Source: Tubiluchus corallicola (lineage: Eukaryota > Animalia > Priapulida). From it: a DNA stretch of 17,961 bases. The translations under genes were made by a program, and so were the position numbers. The stretch covers positions 1 to 17,961 of the forward strand of contig JAQGDQ010002009.1 of assembly GCA_030141605.1 (NCBI GenBank). The letters are read 5' to 3'. The stretch's first letter is position 1. The number at the start of each line of letters is the position of its first letter. Of this stretch, positions 10,651 through 17,961 are shown one piece after another. The notes below the pieces were generated by a model. It did not search any database, had not been told where the DNA came from, and saw only the letters and a list, made by a program, of their open reading frames with translations.

Positions 10651-10850
10651 TGGTTGTTCGTGCCAGGAATTGTAGAGCTGCCATAGATACGAGGGAGGTT
10701 CCCTACGATCCTGCGGATCTTACCCTCATACAGATAAACGTGAAAGTTTTAGACATCAATGATCAGTCACCGGTCTTTGATTTGCAACTTTATGAAGCCG
10801 GAATGACGAGCGATTATAAACTAGACATGCTAGTCACAGATCAGATAAAA
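10651..10850 (+). CDS. Cadherin exon: (L)VVRARNCRAAIDTREVPYDPADLTLIQINVKVLDINDQSPVFDLQLYEAGMTSDYKLDMLVTDQIK
   Basis: Acceptor tgtttttc-AG 10649-50, donor GTAAGT 10851; phase 1 to 0; DINDQSPVF calcium-binding linker; matches ORF 10650..10919. Confidence 0.93.
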
Positions 10851-11359
10851 GTAAGTACATGGCTGAGTGGTTACGTGCGCATGACTTGCATGACTACCTG
10901 GTTAAGATACTTGCTTTGAGAGGTTTCATTTCCTGTAACGATTCTTGTTGTTTGTCTCATCGTAGTAGGTTGTGTACGAACACTACTGAGACACCTCTTG
11001 TGGTTCACTGGCTCAGTTTGAAGCTTGCATTGATCTTGAAACAAACATAACTGTTGCATGACAGCAACATAATTGAGTAAGCCAGGGTGTTGAATAATGG
11101 ATTACGGTTTACAATGTGTGTTACGCATGAGCTCGATTAGTGATGACATCATTGGGTAGCGTTCTCCAATGGCAGAAATCTTTCATAAGCATATTTTCAG
11201 TTTTTCAACATGCACATGAAAGTGAAGTAGTATATTTGGCATCAAACCTAGGGAAACGTTTACCATGGCTTCATTCATAAGCCTTTTCACAGATTTCTCG
11301 TGTGCAACCGCAGTTGCCGCAAGTGAAAACTAAAGTGTACTGCAGCAGCACATTTTAAC

Positions 11360-11642
11360 TACATCTGTCACATGACATGTGGGTAAAGCAAAACTGTCTG
11401 TTCCATCAGTTCAGCAAAACAGTTGTTTTACGTGAACTTATGTAATTATGCATTAGTCTGTGCATAGATTGACAAGAAAAGTGAACTAGGTAAGGTTCTA
11501 GCTAGCTGTTAAAACTCTTTACTATTACAATAGCATGGACTGCGAGGCGTTGTCAAGTGTACATAAATGTGTTGTCTAGTACACTTAACCTTTGACCTTT
11601 TCAAGATCATCATTAATTGTTGGAACTGTGAAACGGCTTATC
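11360..11642. repeat. Diverged dispersed repeat, copy 1 (unclassified TE remnant)
   Basis: Shares blocks CATCAGTTCAG, ATGCATTAGTCTGT, GTAAGGTTCTAGCTAG, CGAGGCGTTGTCAAGTGTACA and GGAACTGTGAA with ~16405-16697. Confidence 0.8.
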
Positions 11643-11723
11643 GTCAGCCAATTTGAAAGAAAGTTTGTCGTGGTTTATCAGAAAGTTTGCATGAATTTCA
11701 GGTTGTATTTGCTCATTTTTTAG

Positions 11724-11830
11724 GCAACAAGTTCAGACTTACCACCATTTAATGTCATTACGTACAGCATTGTAGAAGATTCATGGAATTATGATGAACT
11801 GAATTATAATTATGAAGCAGAAACGAGCTT
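11724..11830 (+). CDS. Cadherin exon: ATSSDLPPFNVITYSIVEDSWNYDELNYNYEAETS(L)
   Basis: Acceptor cattttttt-like tract with AG 11722-23, donor GTAAGT 11831; phase 0 to 2; N..I.YSI motif. Confidence 0.87.
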
Positions 11831-11896
11831 GTAAGTTACGTTTTAATTGTTTCTTGTAATTAAACAAAAAAAATTAAGTTGCAAATTTAACTAAAG

Positions 11897-12332
11897 CAAG
11901 GGCGGAACTAGGGGGGCGTGAGGGGGGCGCCCCCTTGTCAAAATTTGCGCCCCCCCTGCAAAATCGGACAAATAATTTTTTTTGCAGTGAAAATTGCAGT
12001 TTGCATGTAATCATTTTCAATATGAATTAGAATTAGGTAAAAAATGTTTGGTAGCTTCAGTGTATTATTTTCTTAAAACTTGTGTGTGATAAATTTCTGT
12101 AAATAACAATTTAGTTAGAGGCACATTAATAACGTTAGGTTAACTGAGAGTTAATTTTCTCATTATTGCTTTGTCCGCTACGCCGTCCTACACACACGCT
12201 AATTATAGGCCTGCATGCAGTATAAAAGGGGTTAAAATTGGCTTAACCATTATTTAACCACTTCGGATACCTCACCTCGCCCCCCAGAAAATTTTTGCAC
12301 CCCCCTGCTTGCCACATCTAGTTCCAGCCCTG
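11897..12332. mobile_element. hAT-type MITE (436 bp)
   Basis: 8-bp TSD AACTAAAG (11889-96, 12333-40); imperfect TIRs CAAGGGCGGAACTAG / reverse complement CAGGGCTGGAACTAG; GC-rich subterminal CGCCCCC motifs around an AT-rich core. Confidence 0.88.
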
Positions 12333-12951
12333 AACTAAAGGCTGTTTGGACACTTGAAATTTCTCTTCTTTTGTTCAATGAGTTTTTTTTGCATTGGAAT
12401 GTTCATTGTATTAACAAGTAATCTTAATGCGACATTTTTAATATGTTAGTTACTATTACCATTATGTTAAATTTTTTAATTAAATTCTTTAACGTGTGAA
12501 ACAATGATATAGCATGCAAATTTAGGTGTGCCGAGTAATAGTTGCTATATTTATTATACCAAGTATAACCAGTTATTTCAACCCTTGTTTTTTACTTTGT
12601 TACTTTCTTATGTTTATGGTCAGATACAAGTTACTGCACATATCCTCAGTTTTGCATTAAAGCATAAACATTTTTATGATAGTGCTGCCACCTGTAGGTA
12701 GTTTTTGCTTATGAATTTAGTTGAGTTTCTGATTAAATAAGGCCTGTAGTATAAATTTATTTTGTAATTTTATCTAATGTAATTCTTCACAGACAATTTA
12801 GCAACTGCATTCTTGTTTATAGTAAGAACTCAAACAATTCTTCCCTCTTGTTTCTAGTTTTTACTTAGTTTAGTTTTTAGTTTAGTTTATGGTTAAGTAA
12901 GCAGATAATGAATGCATTTAAATTGCTTCAGTTTATGATTGATTATTACAG

Positions 12952-13099
12952 AGAACCATTTAGAATTGACCCGGTCACCGCGGAGTTGTATTTGAACCAC
13001 GAACCCCGGCAGGATGGTGCAGGAATTATAAAGTTCAAAGTACAAGCGGTGGACGATCCCACTCCTCCAGGGCCCCACACTGCAACGAGTGACGTTTGG
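12952..13099 (+). CDS. Cadherin exon: (L)EPFRIDPVTAELYLNHEPRQDGAGIIKFKVQAVDDPTPPGPHTATSDVW
   Basis: Acceptor ttac-AG 12950-51, donor GTAACT 13100; phase 2 to 0; F.IDP.T..L and F.V.A.D motifs; matches ORF 12908..13141. Confidence 0.9.
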
Positions 13100-13900
13100 G
13101 TAACTTGCACCTACATGATTTATCATAGTTTATTCATATGAGCGCTTGTAATGATATCAATTCATGCTGTTAGTTCAGAACCGGGAAAATATTAAAGGAA
13201 AACAGGATGATTTTTTAATATCCTGTTCTTTTTTGAAGTATGGTAAAGTATACATTTTAATGATTATAATAATGCCAAATTGTTTCGGATATTTAAGTAA
13301 AGGGTTAAAAACTTAATTAACGACCAGCGAACCTAGTAAGTGATTACATCACAACTGAACAATTTTAAACAGCACAAACATTTGATGAGCGTGTTGCACA
13401 TGTCTGTGAAAGCAAAAATTTAACTAGATTGTTACCGTACAATGCTCAGTGGAATATTGAAAAACCCGGCAGATTTTTAGCTTAAAAATTTAAAGTTCAA
13501 GTTTGCCGCTATGCTTACATGTGCTGTTAGACACGTGCACCACATCACAACTGAACACCTTAGAATTAAGAGGTACAGCACCTGTTTTTTATGTAACATG
13601 TATTTGAGATGCAGACATTAGTGCTCATCTAGCTAGTGAATGGCAAAATGCCTGTAGCAGCAAAGAACTAGGTACTTGATACAGTTTTCTGCCACCAGGG
13701 TGTCAAAGCTAATGCTGTTGATACATTGAAAAAATAGAGGCTGGTAAACTTTTGTGGGTACAGGCAGATTTTCTTCCTGCCTGTCCACATTTATGGTAAG
13801 AAAAAATCGCTAAATTTGCTTAATATTATTTAAAATTTATAAAAGTATAAATTTGTTAGACTAATATTAGTAAGTATTGTATGCGTTAGTATGACAGTAT

Positions 13901-14136
13901 GTATAATTTCAAGTTTACACTATGTATGTTCTGTACTAGTTTAAAGTTTATGCTACTTTTGTATGACTTGTTTTTGTTCTAGGTTTATCTTGTATCAGAA
14001 GTCAATCAACTGAGATTCGTATAATTTCAAGTTTACACTATGTATGTTCTGTACTAGTTTAAAGTTTATGCTACTTATGTATGACGTGTTTTTGTTCTAG
14101 GTTTATCTTGTATCAGAAGTCAATCAACTAAGATTC
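13901..14136 (+). repeat. 118-bp tandem duplication spanning a splice acceptor and exon start
   Basis: 13901-14018 vs 14019-14136; three substitutions seen; GTAT microhomology at the junction. Confidence 0.95.
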
Positions 14137-15004
14137 GTATCGGCATTAACTAAAGACGAGTTCAGAACCGTACAGCAGGATTTCATAGAGTGAGTCATTT
14201 AAAGCATTTATTGTGTTACATTCAACTTTCTCAACATTTACCACTAACAAAACTGTGAATCAAAACCGTCCGTAAGTTGGCATAGCTGAAATTATCTTGT
14301 GATCGTTCAAAATAGAATGCAAACTTGTTCAAAAATTGGGTGAACATAATTTTTCTTTCCAAGAACAAGTACTAACATTATTGGATATTTATATTCTAAT
14401 CGTCAGTCTAATCACAATTATAATTATTGTATTGCGAATAATATCAGAATGGTGATCTAAATCTTATATATCTTACGTTTTCAGCAAACCAAACATACTT
14501 TGCTATGTAACTATTAACTTTAAAGATTTTCTTTTTATAGAAATTCTACTTGGTATTAACTATCGCACGATAAATGGATCCAAAGTGAATTAAAAAATGT
14601 ACATGTACGTGGCACATTAACACACGAGCATGTTATAATATATAATGTATATTATATATAATGTTATTATCATGTTATATGTTATATAATATATATTATT
14701 TTATATATACATTAGACTTGTAATTATAATTATAATTGTGGAAAACTTGCATTTTCAAACTCTGATACCAGCTCATGGAAGTAGTCATTTTGCTTGCAGT
14801 TATTTCTCCTGACAAGCCCAGATCTTCATCAGGAAGAGCCCTCTACTGGTTTTAAACATAACTTCAATGTGTTCTTGCAATGTCCACAGCAACCACACTT
14901 TCGTATGTTGCTAAGTGTTTTGTAGAAACACGACAAAAAACAATGGCAACTTTAACAGTGATTTTCTCAGGTTATGTTTTTCAATGCATAGCCTGAACTT
15001 CAAC
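13937..15004 (+). repeat. Left arm of long inverted duplication
   Basis: Reverse complement of 16894-17961; coordinate sum 31898 holds at both ends, so no net indel. Confidence 0.97.
14101..14189 (+). CDS. Cadherin exon, start of membrane-adjacent domain: VYLVSEVNQLRFVSALTKDEFRTVQQDFI(D)
   Basis: Acceptor tttgttct-AG 14099-100, donor GTGAGT 14190; phase 0 to 2. Confidence 0.85.
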
Positions 15005-15107
15005 ATTAATCGTGAATCTAATAAACGGTGCTGATTGTATTTCTGAAAAACGTAGTTGAACTATTCACATGCAGAATATACAAAGATCATGTTTAGTTTA
15101 AACTCAC

Positions 15108-15170
15108 TCATAAATGACATCGGCTTCTGCAATTTCTCCGTCTTTTACAAAATGTGTGTAGATTGATATC
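15108..15170 (-). CDS. Following cadherin exon, inverted: (L)ISIYTHFVKDGEIAEADVIY(D/E)
   Basis: - strand acceptor tattctttgc-AG, donor GTGAGT; phase 2 to 2; 'IYTHFV' fits the conserved hydrophobic-H-x-V strand of this domain. Confidence 0.8.
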   Translation of the reverse strand, partial: DINLHTFCKRRRNCRSRCHL

Positions 15171-15675
15171 CTGCAAAGAATAGAAAATGTTACAAAAAAA
15201 TTCAATTAACATAAAAATGCCATTCAAAGTTCTAATGCTACCATCTAGCAGCTCTACTTTGTCAGTTTGACTCCAGGTTTTCAGGAGTCCTGTTTCAATC
15301 CTGGAAACTGTACCGACAGGTAGCGTAACAACGCTCGCGCACGCTCATGCGCACACAAGCACACGCGCACACTTGCTAGGCTACAGCACACATAACCAGT
15401 TGACCACGCATGACCACTACGTCCTTTCTTCTTGCTCATTGGTGAAGTTCGACCAAATTCTTATCAACTCCATGAATGTTAAACTTTCTAGTTTTATACA
15501 AACAAAGTCTAATTATTGCTAAACAAAAATCAGAAATGATTCTGCCCTGGTGGTGATTTTGAGAACTAATCAAGTGCCATAAAACGTGAACGTTTGTACA
15601 AGTCCAGAAAATATTAAACTAAAGTTCTTGATAAACTTTTGTGCAAGTCTTACAAATCAGACATTTTAACAGAAA

Positions 15676-15990
15676 AGACATAGACATAGACATAGCACAT
15701 TTATTTTCTCCAATTTGTTTGACATAAAAAGTTTTTTAAATATTACATAACTATAATCGTGGAGCAGGGCAGGGAAGGACCATAGGGTCATCTAGTCTCC
15801 TGCCCTGTCTTATAATTAGATTAGTATATTAAAAATAAATGTAAATGGTGAGGCTGCAGATAAAAAAACAAAAACAAAAACAAATAAGAAAAAATAACAA
15901 TAAAAAATAGTATAAATGATACAAATTATCAAAAAAGAAGTGAAAACAAAAAATAATAAAGTTAGATGATACCTAAATCTAAACAAAACA
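15676..15990 (-). mobile_element. Probable 3' end remnant of a non-LTR retroelement
   Basis: On - strand: T-rich tract, stem-loop (CAGGGCAGG/CCTGCCCTG 15765-15807), AATAAA, then an (ATGTCT)n tail; no coding remnant seen. Confidence 0.45.
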
Positions 15991-16107
15991 ATACAATTAT
16001 TCAGTAATTATGATTATATATAGTATTTTCAAAGTTGTGATATGTGAAGTGTAATTATTCATGCTGTAACCTGCACAAGTTACAAGGAGCTAGAAATTGT
16101 TACTTAC

Positions 16108-16194
16108 AAAGTAGCTGATACTTCGTCATTCTCATCAACGTAATTTGTCACAGAATCAACGATCGTTTCAGCATTAATTAGTCGACTCAGCTCA
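16108..16194 (-). CDS. Next cadherin exon, inverted: (D)ELSRLINAETIVDSVTNYVDENDEVSAT(L)
   Basis: - strand acceptor tctgtttttgt-AG, donor GTAAGT; phase 2 to 2, joins GA+T=Asp with the previous exon; resembles the CDH23-type membrane-adjacent domain. Confidence 0.82.
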
Positions 16195-16404
16195 CTACAA
16201 AAACAGACGAAAATTCAATTTCCATTAATTAATTAACTAATTAGAACCTCGACAGGTGAATCTAATAAGAATATGATTAAAATTGAAGCAAAGATAAATA
16301 ACTCATCAAAATGATATTTAGTCTTTAATTACAATGTGGACTAATTTTAAGTAACAAGCTTTTGCTGTAAGTCAAAGTTTAAAAGACAGGAACGCATCTT
16401 AATT

Positions 16405-16697
16405 ACACCCGTCATGTGATATGTGTATAAAATAAAGCCTTCTGCAGCATCAGTTCAGTAACCTTAGTTGTTTTACGAGAACTTTACTTAATCATGCATT
16501 AGTCTGTTGTACAGAGTGATTTACTTGCAGGATCTATCTAAATGAACTAAGTAAGGTTCTAGCTAGTTGTTAAAACTGCTATTATTACAATAGCATAGGC
16601 TTCGAGGCGTTGTCAAGTGTACACAAATGCCTGGCACACTTAGCCTTCGACCTTTTCGGGATCATCTTCAATTACAGGAACTGTGAAGAGGCTTATT
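16405..16697. repeat. Diverged dispersed repeat, copy 2
   Basis: Collinear similarity to 11360-11642. Confidence 0.8.
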
Positions 16698-16893
16698 TTG
16701 ATAACAATTAGAAAAATGGCGTCACAATTGCAGCGAATTATTCTGTGTGTCCTTGCACAACAAAATCATCCATAAGTCGGCAATTAAGCTTTTCTAGTTA
16801 TTCTATATGCTAAATCTCCATTTCATGAGGATCAATTTTTATACCAAGTTCAGCACTCTATGTTATTTCTAAGCTGAGATAATCCACGTTGAA

Positions 16894-17961
16894 GTTGAAG
16901 TTCAGGCTATGCATTGAAAAACATAACCTGAGAAAATCACTGTTAAAGTTGCCATTGTTTTTTGTCGTGTTTCTACAAAACACTTAGCAACATACGAAAG
17001 TGTGGTTGCTGTGGACATTGCAAGAACACATTGAAGTTATGTTTAAAACCAGTAGAGGGCTCTTCCTGATGAAGATCTGGGCTTGTCAGGAGAAATAACT
17101 GCAAGCAAAATGACTACTTCCATGAGCTGGTATCAGAGTTTGAAAATGCAAGTTTTCCACAATTATAATTATAATTACAAGTCTAATGTATATATAAAAT
17201 AATATATATTATATAACATATAACATGATAATAACATTATATATAATATACATTATATATTATAACATGCTCGTGTGTTAATGTGCCACGTACATGTACA
17301 TTTTTTAATTCACTTTGGATCCATTTATCGTGCGATAGTTAATACCAAGTAGAATTTCTATAAAAAGAAAATCTTTAAAGTTAATAGTTACATAGCAAAG
17401 TATGTTTGGTTTGCTGAAAACGTAAGATATATAAGATTTAGATCACCATTCTGATATTATTCGCAATACAATAATTATAATTGTGATTAGACTGACGATT
17501 AGAATATAAATATCCAATAATGTTAGTACTTGTTCTTGGAAAGAAAAATTATGTTCACCCAATTTTTGAACAAGTTTGCATTCTATTTTGAACGATCACA
17601 AGATAATTTCAGCTATGCCAACTTACGGACGGTTTTGATTCACAGTTTTGTTAGTGGTAAATGTTGAGAAAGTTGAATGTAACACAATAAATGCTTTAAA
17701 TGACTCACTCTATGAAATCCTGCTGTACGGTTCTGAACTCGTCTTTAGTTAATGCCGATACGAATCTTAGTTGATTGACTTCTGATACAAGATAAACCTA
17801 GAACAAAAACACGTCATACATAAGTAGCATAAACTTTAAACTAGTACAGAACATACATAGTGTAAACTTGAAATTATACGAATCTCAGTTGATTGACTTC
17901 TGATACAAGATAAACCTAGAACAAAAACAAGTCATACAAAAGTAGCATAAACTTTAAACTA
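16894..17961 (-). repeat. Right arm of long inverted duplication (runs off the window end)
   Basis: Reverse complement of 13937-15004, including the variants that distinguish the two 118-bp copies. Confidence 0.97.
17709..17797 (-). CDS. Inverted identical copy of exon 14101-14189
   Basis: Reverse complement of 14101-14189 with the same splice sites, inside the right arm of the inverted duplication. Confidence 0.8.

Larger units (their letters stand above)
1..14189 (+). other. CDH23: Partial multi-exon gene for a large cadherin, CDH23/Cad88C-like (last EC repeats plus start of the membrane-adjacent domain); 5' part lies upstream of the window
   Basis: Nine GT-AG exons splice with matching phases into one frame with cadherin motifs (GDPQLSS..TV..EDVN.N.P, TDRE..ENY.LVVRA, DINDQSPVF). 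'ADLTL...DINDQSPVF..YEAGM' and 'VYLVSEVNQLRFV...FIDELSRLINA..IVD' resemble, from my recall, the last EC repeat and membrane-adjacent domain of CDH23-type cadherins. CAG|GTAATT at 1-9 fits a phase-1 donor of the previous exon. Orthology is not tested. Confidence 0.6.

Noticed and set aside
10860-10915. tRNA gene or tRNA-derived SINE head (TGGCTGAGTGG A-box)
   Set aside because: No convincing B-box or cloverleaf; at most a very decayed SINE head.
12680-12700. CTCF-like motifs (here, ~9757-9773 and ~1528-1543)
   Set aside because: Imperfect short matches that could be chance; cannot be supported without a motif scan or binding data.
15331-15372. Alternating (CA/CG) tract
   Set aside because: Ordinary short degenerate microsatellite.
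13937-17961. Foldback/TIR transposon interpretation of the inverted arms
   Set aside because: The arms contain host exon and intron sequence, and the spacer holds host exons rather than a transposase.

Overview
This is AT-rich animal (probably invertebrate) genomic DNA, not prokaryotic. It holds an internal part of a large CDH23/Cad88C-like cadherin gene: nine + strand exons (3923-14189) splice in frame through about three and a half cadherin (EC) repeats into the start of the membrane-adjacent domain. The next two in-phase exons lie on the - strand (16108-16194, 15108-15170), in a 1889-bp spacer between arms of an apparently perfect inverted duplication of at least 1068 bp (13937-15004 / 16894-17961). 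This fold-back is either a very recent rearrangement or an assembly artefact. The introns contain: a solo LTR (1913-3856) swollen by about 40 copies of a 41-bp repeat; 45-, 46/47- and 33-bp minisatellites; a hAT-type MITE with an 8-bp TSD; and a 503-bp internally deleted RTE retroelement with a 19-bp TSD. The RTE 5' end is a twister ribozyme starting exactly at the predicted cleavage site. Three splice acceptors are overlapped by tandem duplications that create decoy acceptors. The long ORFs in the track are repeat artefacts.
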